From Pontixanthobacter sp. (GTDB taxonomy: Bacteria; Pseudomonadota; Alphaproteobacteria; Sphingomonadales; Sphingomonadaceae), in NCBI RefSeq assembly GCF_049682855.1, contig NZ_JBAUIK010000013.1, forward strand, positions 128,932 to 192,931: 64,000 nt of DNA, in the 5' to 3' direction. Position 1 is the stretch's first letter; each line of letters opens with the position of its first letter. The notes below the pieces were generated by a model. It did not search any database, was not told where the DNA came from, and was given only the letters and a program-made list of their open reading frames with translations. The translations under genes were made by a program, and so were the position numbers. Below are positions 49,903 through 59,450 of this stretch, piece after piece.

Positions 49903-52900
49903 ATGGCTACCAAAACGTCGAAAAATTCGGGCCGGAAGGCTGCTATGGCGGACGGCGCTCCGATCCGCAGGCTGGCGGATCATGCCGATCTGTGCACCGC
50001 ATTGGCAGGCAGCATGAATGCGTCGCTGCTGCCCGGCGACACACCGTTTGCCGCAGACAGGTTGCAGGATGCAGCCGCGTTCGTCATCGATACTGCCGCG
50101 CGCCGCGATGAAAAACGCTCTGCCCTGCGCCTGGTCAGCGCCGCGGCCGGTTCCGATGATGACCGCCGGTTTATGCGCATTGCCATTGTGAATGACGATA
50201 TGCCGTTTCTGGTCGATTCGATCGCGGCAACCATTGCGGCGCAAGGTCTTGCGATAGACCGCCTGGTCCATCCCGTAGTGACCGTATCGCGCAGCGAAGA
50301 CGGTGTTTTGCAACGTATCGCAGGACACGGCAGCGCCGACGCCGACAATGCCGCGCGCGAATCGATGATTTACATCGAAACGACGCGGATCGATGCCAAG
50401 CAGCGCCGCGAATTGGAAGCCGCCCTGCGCCTGACCTTGGCTGATGTTCGCGCTGCGGTGAGCGATTGGGGCAAATTACAAACCGCTCTCAGCCGTGATG
50501 CAGAGGCGCTGGATGATGCCGAGGGTGCCGCATTGCTCAGCTGGCTCAATAACGCAATGCTGACACAGCTTGGCCATGTGACGCGCCGCCGTGACGGCAC
50601 GCAATCCGGCGCGCTGGGCATTTGCCGCCAAAGCGCCAGGGAATTGCTCGCCGACACATCCTACGACCGCGCCTTTGCCTGGTTTGATGACCCAGCGAAT
50701 AAGGATGCCCCTGTGCCGCTGATCATCAAAGCCAACCGCCTGGCTCTGGTCCATCGCCGGGTCCCGCTTGATCTGTTTATTGTGCCGGTTAAGGAACGCG
50801 GCAAAGTCACTGCTCTGTCAGTCCATGCAGGCGTCTGGACCAGCGCCGCATTGGCAGCATCACCCACGGATGTGCCGCGTTTGCGCGCGCATATGAACGG
50901 GTTGATGGAACAGTTCGGCTTCGACCGGAGCGGCCATGCGGGCAAGGCCCTTGCCCACGCTTTGACCGCCTTGCCGCATGATCTGATCATTGGATTTTCG
51001 CCCGGCGATGTTGCGCGTGTTGCCGGTGCCGTGATGAGCCTGGTGGACCGCCCCCGCCCGCGCCTCGCCATTGTCCAGGCGCCGCTTGCGCGCCATTTGT
51101 TTGCATTTGTCTGGCTGCCGCGTGACATGCTTTCCACTCAGGTACGCCAGCTGATCCAGGCGCTGCTCGAAGACGGCGCTGGCGCGGAGCTGCTTGATTG
51201 GAGCCTGCAGGTCGAAGGCGGTAATCTGGCGACATTACGCTTTGTCCTCGACATTCGGGCCGGCGATGCCGAATTTGACGAGGACCAGCTGGAGCGGCAG
51301 ATCCAAACGGTGCTGCGCGGCTGGCCCGAAGCGGTCGAGCAGGAACTGGCCAAATTTGAGGAAAGCGGCAGAGCAGCCGCCATTGCTACGCGTTTCGCCG
51401 ATATTTTCCCGCAATCCTACCGCGCCGAATATGGTGCCGAGGAGGCCGCCCGCGATATTCGCCGGATGCGCCATCTGATCGCCAGCGATGCGGTTATGGA
51501 CGGTGCACGCCGCGATGCACGATTATACCAGATGCCAGGCGACCCGGCAGGCTGCTTGCGGCTGAAAATATATGAACATGAAGGCTCCCTGCCGCTTTCT
51601 GATGCTGTTCCGGCGCTGGAAAATTTCGGATTTGAAGTCCTGTCCGAAATACCAACTGCGCTGGATGGCGGCGCAATGGGGACTATCCATGACTTTATGA
51701 TCGCGCTGCCCGATGGTGACCAGCCGCCAGACATATTGGACCGCGCACAGACGATCGAGAATGCGATTACCGCCGTCCTCAATGAAACGGCGGAGGATGA
51801 TCCGTTCAACCGGCTGGTTATTGGTACCGGTCTGTCGGCGGGCGAGGCCAATTGGCTGCGTGCATTTTACCGCTATTTGCGCCAGGCGGGAATGGGGTTT
51901 ACAATCTATACGGTGGTCGATGCGCTATATGGTGCGCCTGCCGTCACCCGCGCGCTGATCGCCCGTTTTGCCTGCACGCATGACCCGCAATTTTCCGGCG
52001 ACCGCGAGGACGCGATTGCCAGTGCGGAAGCCGCAATAAAGCACGGGCTGGGCAAAGTATCCGCGATCAATGATGACCGCTTGCTGCGGCTCTATCATGC
52101 ATTGGTCAAAGCGATCCTGCGGACCAATGCGTTCACCCCGGCTGCGGCCGAAGCATTGGCTTTCAAAATCCAGTCCGATCTGGTGCCTAACCTGCCCAAG
52201 CCTGTTCCGTGGCGTGAAATCTTTGTCTATTCACGGCGCGTTGAAGGCATCCATCTACGCGCCGGGGCGGTTGCGCGCGGGGGTCTGCGCTGGTCCGACC
52301 GGCGGGACGATTTCCGCACAGAAATCCTCGGACTGATGAAAGCGCAGCGGGTCAAGAACGCGGTTATTGTGCCGACCGGCGCAAAAGGCGGTTTTTATCC
52401 CAAACAGCTCCCCTCGCCCGATCGGGACCGCGACGGCTGGGCCGCAGAAGGACAAGCCAGTTACGAATTGTTCATTCGCACATTGTTGTCGATCACTGAT
52501 AATATCGTGAATGACACGGTGGTGCACCCGGCGGGCGTCCTGCCCACGGATGGCGAAGACCCCTATTTCGTGGTGGCTGCCGATAAAGGCACCGCGCGCT
52601 TTTCCGATATTGCCAATGCCATTGCCGAAGCGCAGGAATTCTGGCTGGATGATGCGTTCGCCAGTGGCGGATCGAACGGCTATGATCACAAAGCAATGGG
52701 TATCACTGCCAAGGGCGCGTGGGTTTCGGTCCAGCGGCACTTCCTGGAAATGGGCGTCGATGTGCAATCCGATCCGGTCAGCGTGGTTGGCTGCGGCGAT
52801 ATGTCAGGCGATGTATTCGGCAATGGGATGTTGTTGTCCAAATCGATCCGTCTGGTCGCGGCGTTCGATCACCGGCATATCTTCATTGATCCTGATCCTG

Positions 52901-54666
52901 ACCCGGCAGCCAGTTGGGAAGAACGCCGGCGGATATTTGATCTGCCGCGATCAAGCTGGGAGGATTACGATAGCGGACTGATTTCCGCAGGGGGCGGCGT
53001 GTTCCCGCGTTCAGCCAAACGCATCAAACTGTCTGCCGCAGCGCGCAAAGTGCTGGGCATCGGCGCAAAAGACATCGATCCCGACGCGCTTATTTCCGCC
53101 ATCATCAGGGCTCCGGCTGACCTGATATGGTTTGGCGGCATCGGCACGTATATAAAAGGTGCGGCTGAAAATAACATCGCGGTTGGCGATCCTGCCAATG
53201 ACAGTCTGCGTGTCGATGCAGCAGATGTGCGCGCCAAAGTCATTGGCGAAGGTGCCAATCTGGGCGTGACGCAGGCTGGGCGCATTGAGTTTGCTCTGTC
53301 AGGCGGGCGGATCAATACCGACTTTATCGATAATTCGGCCGGCGTCGATTGCTCGGACAATGAAGTCAATATCAAGATTGCACTGGCAGCCGCCCGGCGC
53401 AGCGGCAAATTATCGGAGAAAAAGCGCAATAGGCTGCTGGCCAGCATGACTGACGAGGTGTCCGCGCTGGTTCTGGAGGATAACCGCCTGCAGGCTTTGG
53501 GCCTGTCGATTGCCGAGACCGGCGGCGCCAAGGCCGCTGCATCGCAATTGCGCCTGATCGAGCGACTGGAAGATATGGACGCGCTCGACCGGCAGACAGA
53601 AGGGCTTGCCGCCAATGATGTGCTGTCGCGCAGAGCGGCTGACGGGATGGGCCTGACCCGCCCGGAACTGGCTGTGCTGCTCAGTTCAACCAAGCTGGTG
53701 TTGCAGGACCGGATCGAAGCGACCGCGCTGCCCGATGATGCCAGCCTTGCGCCATCGCTGATCGCCTATTTTCCCGCTCCAATGCAGAAAACATATCGGG
53801 CGGAAATTGAAAATCACCGGCTGAAACGCGAGATTATCGCTACTAAGCTCGCCAACCGCGTTATCAACCGGCTTGGCATCATCCACCCGTTTGAACTCGC
53901 TGAAGAGGAAGGCGTCGGCCTGGCTGATGTGTGCGCGGCCTTTGTCTCGGCGGAATATCTGTTCGGTATCGACGTGCTGTGGACCAAACTGGAAACCGCC
54001 AGAATGCCCGAACATGCACGGCTGGTCCTGTTTGACCATGTGGCCGCCGCGATGCGAAGCCAAATGGCCGATCTGCTCCGCGCAGGTGCGAGCATCAGCC
54101 CGCCTTCAGAAATGATCGCCCGGCTGGAAAGCGGCGTCACCGGCCTGTCGGTTACCGATGGTTTGCTGGCGAAGGAAACACAGCATCTATCGCGCAGTTT
54201 GCGCCAGCAATTCGTCGATGCGGGCGCGCCCGAAGCCATCGCCTCACAAGTGGCCCACCTGTACGATATGGACGGGGCGGTTGGCCTGGCCGCGCTGGCT
54301 CGCGATTCCAGTATTGAAAGCCGTTCGTTGACTCTCGCCTTCACCGATCTTGGCGAACGGTTGGGGATCGACTGGGCACAAGGCATCGCAGCCCTTATGA
54401 GCCCGTCCGATGTCTGGGAACGGTTGCTGGTTGCCGGATTGGCACGCGATTTCCAGCAGATGCGGCTGGAGTTTTTGCGCCGAATTGCACGGCGGAAGGG
54501 CGGCAAGGATGATCCTGTGGCGGCAGTGGCCAAATGGGCGGCGAATCACGAAACTGCCATCCGTCAATTTCGCGCGATGATCGGGCGCGCCCAATCACAG
54601 GCCCCGGTTGCTCCTGCCATGCTGGCGCAGATTGCCAGCCAGGCGCGAAATTTGCTGGGCCGCTAG
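49903..54666 (+). CDS. gdhB: NAD-specific glutamate dehydrogenase, large (~180 kDa) Bac_GDH type
   Basis: 1587-aa ORF. The conserved catalytic block is GGLRWSDRRDDFRTEILGLMKAQRVKNAVIVPTGAKGGF, followed by GPDMG-region equivalents. Confidence 0.9.
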   Translation: MATKTSKNSGRKAAMADGAPIRRLADHADLCTALAGSMNASLLPGDTPFAADRLQDAAAFVIDTAARRDEKRSALRLVSAAAGSDDDRRFMRIAIVNDDMPFLVDSIAATIAAQGLAIDRLVHPVVTVSRSEDGVLQRIAGHGSADADNAARESMIYIETTRIDAKQRRELEAALRLTLADVRAAVSDWGKLQTALSRDAEALDDAEGAALLSWLNNAMLTQLGHVTRRRDGTQSGALGICRQSARELLADTSYDRAFAWFDDPANKDAPVPLIIKANRLALVHRRVPLDLFIVPVKERGKVTALSVHAGVWTSAALAASPTDVPRLRAHMNGLMEQFGFDRSGHAGKALAHALTALPHDLIIGFSPGDVARVAGAVMSLVDRPRPRLAIVQAPLARHLFAFVWLPRDMLSTQVRQLIQALLEDGAGAELLDWSLQVEGGNLATLRFVLDIRAGDAEFDEDQLERQIQTVLRGWPEAVEQELAKFEESGRAAAIATRFADIFPQSYRAEYGAEEAARDIRRMRHLIASDAVMDGARRDARLYQMPGDPAGCLRLKIYEHEGSLPLSDAVPALENFGFEVLSEIPTALDGGAMGTIHDFMIALPDGDQPPDILDRAQTIENAITAVLNETAEDDPFNRLVIGTGLSAGEANWLRAFYRYLRQAGMGFTIYTVVDALYGAPAVTRALIARFACTHDPQFSGDREDAIASAEAAIKHGLGKVSAINDDRLLRLYHALVKAILRTNAFTPAAAEALAFKIQSDLVPNLPKPVPWREIFVYSRRVEGIHLRAGAVARGGLRWSDRRDDFRTEILGLMKAQRVKNAVIVPTGAKGGFYPKQLPSPDRDRDGWAAEGQASYELFIRTLLSITDNIVNDTVVHPAGVLPTDGEDPYFVVAADKGTARFSDIANAIAEAQEFWLDDAFASGGSNGYDHKAMGITAKGAWVSVQRHFLEMGVDVQSDPVSVVGCGDMSGDVFGNGMLLSKSIRLVAAFDHRHIFIDPDPDPAASWEERRRIFDLPRSSWEDYDSGLISAGGGVFPRSAKRIKLSAAARKVLGIGAKDIDPDALISAIIRAPADLIWFGGIGTYIKGAAENNIAVGDPANDSLRVDAADVRAKVIGEGANLGVTQAGRIEFALSGGRINTDFIDNSAGVDCSDNEVNIKIALAAARRSGKLSEKKRNRLLASMTDEVSALVLEDNRLQALGLSIAETGGAKAAASQLRLIERLEDMDALDRQTEGLAANDVLSRRAADGMGLTRPELAVLLSSTKLVLQDRIEATALPDDASLAPSLIAYFPAPMQKTYRAEIENHRLKREIIATKLANRVINRLGIIHPFELAEEEGVGLADVCAAFVSAEYLFGIDVLWTKLETARMPEHARLVLFDHVAAAMRSQMADLLRAGASISPPSEMIARLESGVTGLSVTDGLLAKETQHLSRSLRQQFVDAGAPEAIASQVAHLYDMDGAVGLAALARDSSIESRSLTLAFTDLGERLGIDWAQGIAALMSPSDVWERLLVAGLARDFQQMRLEFLRRIARRKGGKDDPVAAVAKWAANHETAIRQFRAMIGRAQSQAPVAPAMLAQIASQARNLLGR

Positions 54667-54672
54667 ACAGGC

Positions 54673-54702
54673 GGCCAAACCGGCTTGACCGGGCGGCCTT
54701 TT
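54673..54702 (+). terminator. Rho-independent terminator after gdhB
   Basis: Interrupted stem GGCC-aaa-CCGG / CCGG-gc-GGCC (54673-54698) with a 5-nt loop, followed by TTTT. It begins 7 nt after the TAG stop. Confidence 0.6.
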
Positions 54703-54714
54703 CGTCCGAACCTG

Positions 54715-55947
54715 ATGGGTATGGATCATTCGGATATCATCATTGTCGGTACCGGTCACGGCGGTGCGCATGCCGCCATTGCCCTGCGCCAGAATGGGCA
54801 TGAAGGGTCAATCACGATGATCGGGCGCGAGCGCGATGCGCCTTATGAGCGCCCGCCATTGTCGAAAGAATATCTCGCGCGCGAGAAGCCGTTTGAACGG
54901 ATCCATATTCGCCCGCCCGCCTTTTGGGCGGACAAGAATATCGATCTGCGCCTTGGACATCCGGTGGTGGAAATGGACGCGCTGCGCAAGGTCGTGACGC
55001 TGGGTGATGATAGTCAGATGTCTTACCGCAAGCTGGTCTGGGCGACCGGCGGCGATGCGCGGCGGCTATCGTGCCCGGGCGATGATCTGGACGGCGTATT
55101 CACGGTGCGCAATCGCGCGGATGCCGACCGGATTATGGCATCGCTGGATGCTGGCGCGCAGACAGCGGTTATTATCGGCGGCGGTTATGTCGGGCTGGAA
55201 GCAGCGGCGGTTCTGCGCAAGCTGGGCCGCGCTGTCACCGTGATCGAAACACAGCCCCGCCTGCTCGCGCGCGTTGCCGGTGAAGACCTGTCCGCATTCT
55301 ATCACGATGAACACCGGGCCCACGGCGTCGATCTGCGGCTGGCAACCAATATTGAAAGCATCGCGGGCGAGGATGGCCAGGTTACCGGCGTCGTTCTGGC
55401 CGGCGGCGAGATCATCACTGCCGATCTGGTTATTGTCGGCATTGGCATCATCCCCTCGGTCGGGCCGCTCATTGCCGCAGGCGCATCGGGCGCGAACGGG
55501 GTTGATGTCGATGAATTGTGCCGCACGACACTGGAAGATGTCTACGCCATTGGTGACTGCGCCGCCCATGCAAGCGACTTTGCCGATGGCGCAGTAATCC
55601 GCGTCGAATCGGTCCAGAACGCCAACGACATGGCGACCACCACGGCCAGATCGATCATGGGTGACAAACAGCCCTATCGCGCGTTCCCGTGGTTCTGGTC
55701 CAACCAGTATGATCTGAAATTGCAGACGGCGGGACTGTCCATCGGCTATGACGAGACAATAGTGCGCGGCGATCCGGCAGAGCGGAAATTTTCAGTTATC
55801 TACCTCAAGGAGGGCCGCATTATCGCGCTGGATTGCGTCAATAATACGAGGGATTATGTGCAGGGCCGCAAGCTGATCGAAGCGCATGCCGTGCCGGATC
55901 GGGCCGCGTTGGCTGATACCGATATAATGCTCAAGTCTCTGCTGTAA
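54715..55947 (+). CDS. NAD(P)H-dependent FAD ferredoxin reductase (putidaredoxin/rubredoxin-reductase class)
   Basis: The motifs [29 protein letters not shown] and AIGDCA are present. The start is ATG 54715 or 54721. The track's TTG at 54685 lies inside the terminator. Confidence 0.85.
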   Translation: MGMDHSDIIIVGTGHGGAHAAIALRQNGHEGSITMIGRERDAPYERPPLSKEYLAREKPFERIHIRPPAFWADKNIDLRLGHPVVEMDALRKVVTLGDDSQMSYRKLVWATGGDARRLSCPGDDLDGVFTVRNRADADRIMASLDAGAQTAVIIGGGYVGLEAAAVLRKLGRAVTVIETQPRLLARVAGEDLSAFYHDEHRAHGVDLRLATNIESIAGEDGQVTGVVLAGGEIITADLVIVGIGIIPSVGPLIAAGASGANGVDVDELCRTTLEDVYAIGDCAAHASDFADGAVIRVESVQNANDMATTTARSIMGDKQPYRAFPWFWSNQYDLKLQTAGLSIGYDETIVRGDPAERKFSVIYLKEGRIIALDCVNNTRDYVQGRKLIEAHAVPDRAALADTDIMLKSLL

Positions 55948-57037
55948 GCTGGATGAGCGCCCACTGCGCCGCCTCGGCCACCACCGGATCGCTATCTTCG
56001 CACAGATCCTGGACCGGGCCGATCAATGCTGCCATGCGCGAATTGCCCGCCGCGATCAGGCAGTTACGCACGAACCGGTCACGGCCAATCCGCTTGATCG
56101 GCGAACCGGAAAAGAATGCGCGAAATGCGGTATCATCAAAGCCGAGAAACTGCGCCAGATCAGGCGCGTCCAGGTCTGCCCGTGCCGTGAACGCCTTGTG
56201 CCGTGCAGCGGTTCGGGCAAATTTATTCCACGGGCAGACGGCCAGGCAATCATCGCAGCCGTAAATCCGGTTGCCCATCGGCGCCCGGAATTCCTGCGGG
56301 ATTGGCCCCTTATGCTCTATCGTCAGATATGAAATGCAGCGCCGCGCATCAACCACATAGGGCTGCGGGAATGCATCGGTTGGGCACGCATCATGGCATG
56401 CGCGGCAGGAACCGCATTGGTCGCGGTGCGGCGCATCAGGGGTGAAGGGAATGGTTGTGTATATCGCGCCCAAAAACAGCCAGCTGCCATGTGCGCTGCT
56501 CACCAGATTGCTGTGCTTGCCTTGCCAGCCAATGCCCGATGCCTCGCCCAGAGGTTTTTCCATAACCGGCGCAGTATCGACAAACACTTTCAATTGCGGT
56601 TCTTCCAAACCGGCGTGCCTGGCTTCTGCCACCAGCCAGCGCGCCAGAGCCTTCAGCGCCTTTTTCACCACATCATGATAATCACGCCCGCGCGCATAGA
56701 CAGAAATACGCGCTTTGTCAGGAGCCGCCTCCAGCGCGAGCGGATCGGCATCGGGCGCATAGCTCATACCCAGCGCGATGACGCTTTGCGCCTCCGGCCA
56801 CATGCTATGCGGGCCTTGCCGCACATCGGCGCGGTCGGCCATCCACTCCATTGATCCGTGATGCCCCGCCTCCAGCCATTCATGCAGCCGCGCCGCGCGC
56901 ACCGGATCATCCTCCGCAGACGCAAAACCGGCGCTGACAAAGCCGAGCCGGCGTGCTTCTGCGACCAGACCTGCCTGCAGTGCCTGCATCGTTTTGCCGG
57001 TTACTATTGGACCATTTACTTCCGGGCCGTTAACCAT
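55931..57037 (-). CDS. queG: tRNA epoxyqueuosine(34) reductase
   Basis: 4Fe-4S motifs [12 protein letters not shown] and [11 protein letters not shown] are present, along with the B12-domain region. The start may be the internal MQALQAGL (56989). Confidence 0.9.
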   Translation of the reverse strand: MVNGPEVNGPIVTGKTMQALQAGLVAEARRLGFVSAGFASAEDDPVRAARLHEWLEAGHHGSMEWMADRADVRQGPHSMWPEAQSVIALGMSYAPDADPLALEAAPDKARISVYARGRDYHDVVKKALKALARWLVAEARHAGLEEPQLKVFVDTAPVMEKPLGEASGIGWQGKHSNLVSSAHGSWLFLGAIYTTIPFTPDAPHRDQCGSCRACHDACPTDAFPQPYVVDARRCISYLTIEHKGPIPQEFRAPMGNRIYGCDDCLAVCPWNKFARTAARHKAFTARADLDAPDLAQFLGFDDTAFRAFFSGSPIKRIGRDRFVRNCLIAAGNSRMAALIGPVQDLCEDSDPVVAEAAQWALIQLTAET

Positions 57038-57075
57038 AATTGGGGTTGCTCCCGTTCACTTGCCGGGTCTAACCG

Positions 57076-58062
57076 GTGTGTATGACAACGCCGCTAAGCG
57101 ATCACGCTACTCTCGACAATCCCTCGCACACCCACGCTATCGAAGCGTGCGGGCTGGTCAAACGCTTTGACGGCACTCTGGCCGTGGACGGGGTCGATCT
57201 CACTGTGCCGCAAGGGTCGATCTATGGAATCCTTGGGCCCAATGGCGCGGGCAAGACCACGACCATCCGGATGCTGCTCGGAATTATTGACCCCGATGAA
57301 GGCGTTCGCCGTGTTCTGGGCCATGAGCGCCCGCACGATATTGCCCAGCTGATCGGCTATCTGCCCGAGGAGCGCGGGCTCTATCCGTCGATGAAAAGCT
57401 TTGAGGCCATCGGCTTTATGGGCGCGCTGCGCGGTGTGCCGCTGGCCGAAGGGCAAAGGCGCGGCAAGGAATTGCTGGAGGAGCACGGGATGGGCCATGC
57501 GATCGACCGGCAAATCCGCCAATTGTCCAAAGGTATGGCACAAACCGTGCAATTGCTCGGCACGCTGGTTCACAATCCGAAACTGGTCGTGCTGGATGAA
57601 CCGTTTTCGGGTCTCGATGCGATCAACCAGGGCAAGCTGGAGCGGCTGATCCGTAATCTTGCCGATAATGGCACGACCGTGATCTTCTCCACCCATGTGA
57701 TCCATCATGCGGAACGCCTGTGCGAAGGCGTTGCCATTATCGCGGGCGGTAAAGTGCCCTATGCCGGATCGGTTGAAGCCGCGCGTGACCGTATTCCCGC
57801 GCAGGTCCGCCTGGAAACGCGCGAGCGCGAGGGCCAGTGGCTCGGTGCGCTGCCCAAAGACACCCGGCGCGAGGGCGATTTCCTCTATTTCCCATTGCCT
57901 GATAGCGGCATTGAACCATTGCTCCGCGCGCTCATCAATGGCGATGCCGGTATCCAGTCACTATCCATCGAACGCGCCGGATTGCACGATGCTTTCGTCC
58001 ATATTGCCGGGGAAGCCGCCGCGCGCGCGCTGGAACCAAACGGGGTAAGCGAGAACGCATGA
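57076..58062 (+). CDS. ABC transporter ATP-binding protein (ABC-2/NatA-like)
   Basis: 328-aa ORF with Walker A GPNGAGKTT, signature LSKGMAQ and Walker B LVVLDEPFSGLD. Confidence 0.9.
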   Translation: MCMTTPLSDHATLDNPSHTHAIEACGLVKRFDGTLAVDGVDLTVPQGSIYGILGPNGAGKTTTIRMLLGIIDPDEGVRRVLGHERPHDIAQLIGYLPEERGLYPSMKSFEAIGFMGALRGVPLAEGQRRGKELLEEHGMGHAIDRQIRQLSKGMAQTVQLLGTLVHNPKLVVLDEPFSGLDAINQGKLERLIRNLADNGTTVIFSTHVIHHAERLCEGVAIIAGGKVPYAGSVEAARDRIPAQVRLETREREGQWLGALPKDTRREGDFLYFPLPDSGIEPLLRALINGDAGIQSLSIERAGLHDAFVHIAGEAAARALEPNGVSENA

Positions 58063-59318
58063 TGAGCGACACTATCACCCAAAAATCGCGCCTCTCCACG
58101 TGGCAGGCTGCATTTGTAATCGCGCGGCGAGATTTTTCCGCCATCCTGTTCAGCAAGGCCTTTGTGCTGTTTCTGCTCGGCCCGCTATTTTTCCTCGGCA
58201 TCAGTGCGGGTGCGGGTATGCTGAGCCTGGCGGCGGCAGAAAGCAAAGCGGACCCCAAGCTGGCAGTTGCCATGTCGGAAGGCGACAATGTCAGATTTGC
58301 CGAGGCACATGCCGCTCTGGCGGAGCTGGTACGGCTGCCCGATATTGAAGTCATCGCTGCCGATACCGCCGCCACGGCAGATGACCTGCTGAGCGATGAT
58401 GCCAATAATTTCGGCGCCGTGCTTATCGGCAGCCTGGCAGAGCCGGAGCTATCGGGGACGGAAGACCGCATCGAAAGCTGGCAAGGCGAAGTGGCAGTGA
58501 TTGCAGCAAACGCAGCGGCTGCGGCGGGCGGAGAGCCAGCCGCCTTTCCCGAAATCGCGCTTGCCCCGACCAGCACCAGCATGGCCATGACGCGGACGGC
58601 AAACTCAGCCACCGCCACCGCATCGCTGACGCTGCTGTTCCTGCTGACCATGCTGCTTGCAGGGATGGTGCTGTCCAATCTGGTGGAGGAAAAGGCCAAT
58701 AAAATTATCGAAATCCTTGCCGCAGCCATCCCGATGGACGCGGTGTTCTTGGGCAAGCTGTTCGCCATGCTCGGCATCAGTTTTGTCGGTATCGCGGTGT
58801 GGGGCAGCATTGGCGGAGCGATTGTCTGGCTGGGTGCAGAGGCCCTGCCCGATATTCCCGCACCGGCGGTTGGCTGGCCATTATTTGTCGCATTGTTCCT
58901 GATCTATTTTGCGATGGCGTATCTGCTGATCGGATCAGTATTTTTGGCGGTAGGGTCAATGGCCCCCACAGTGCGCGATGTGCAGACCATATCGATGCCC
59001 GCTACGATGTTGCAGCTCGGCGTGTTCTTTCTTGCGACCTATGCGATGACAGACATCGGATCACCGGTGGAAATATTTGCGGTGATTTTCCCGTTAAGCT
59101 CCCCCTATGCGATGCTGGCGCGTGCGGCGCAGGACCCCACTGTGTGGACGCATATTGCCGCCCTCGCCTGGCAAGGGCTGGCCGTGACCGTGTTTATTAA
59201 AACAGGCGCGACCTTGTTCCGCAAGAAAGTGATGAAATCAGGCCCGCCGGGCGGCAAGAAAAAGGATTTCCTGCGCGGGCTTTTCAGCAAGGCAGACACC
59301 AGTTCGGCACGCGGTTGA
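58059..59318 (+). CDS. ABC-2 type transporter permease (NatB-like)
   Basis: 419-aa ORF with an ATGA overlap with the ATPase gene. It has an N-terminal TM helix, a large extracytoplasmic loop, then about 5 C-terminal TM helices. Confidence 0.7.
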   Translation: MMSDTITQKSRLSTWQAAFVIARRDFSAILFSKAFVLFLLGPLFFLGISAGAGMLSLAAAESKADPKLAVAMSEGDNVRFAEAHAALAELVRLPDIEVIAADTAATADDLLSDDANNFGAVLIGSLAEPELSGTEDRIESWQGEVAVIAANAAAAAGGEPAAFPEIALAPTSTSMAMTRTANSATATASLTLLFLLTMLLAGMVLSNLVEEKANKIIEILAAAIPMDAVFLGKLFAMLGISFVGIAVWGSIGGAIVWLGAEALPDIPAPAVGWPLFVALFLIYFAMAYLLIGSVFLAVGSMAPTVRDVQTISMPATMLQLGVFFLATYAMTDIGSPVEIFAVIFPLSSPYAMLARAAQDPTVWTHIAALAWQGLAVTVFIKTGATLFRKKVMKSGPPGGKKKDFLRGLFSKADTSSARG

Positions 59319-59450
59319 ACGCGGATATCCCGCGCGATAGTCAGGATAAGTCGCAATCCGCAACTTACTATTGACATTGATGTAAGGAAAGTCAGGATGC
59401 TCTCATAACTGACGCTGCGTAAACGCGGCGCGATAGCAGGAGAGAATGGC

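Noticed and set aside
50370-54594. Antisense ORFs inside the NAD-GDH gene (e.g. 52965-53693, 53814-54533, 50661-51137)
   Set aside because: They have Ser/Ala/Arg-rich low-information translations and no start context. They are fully nested in a 1587-aa gene with conserved catalytic blocks.
57935-58810. 291-aa ORF antisense to the ABC ATPase/permease junction
   Set aside because: It is Ser/Ala-rich shadow sequence spanning two well-supported plus-strand genes.
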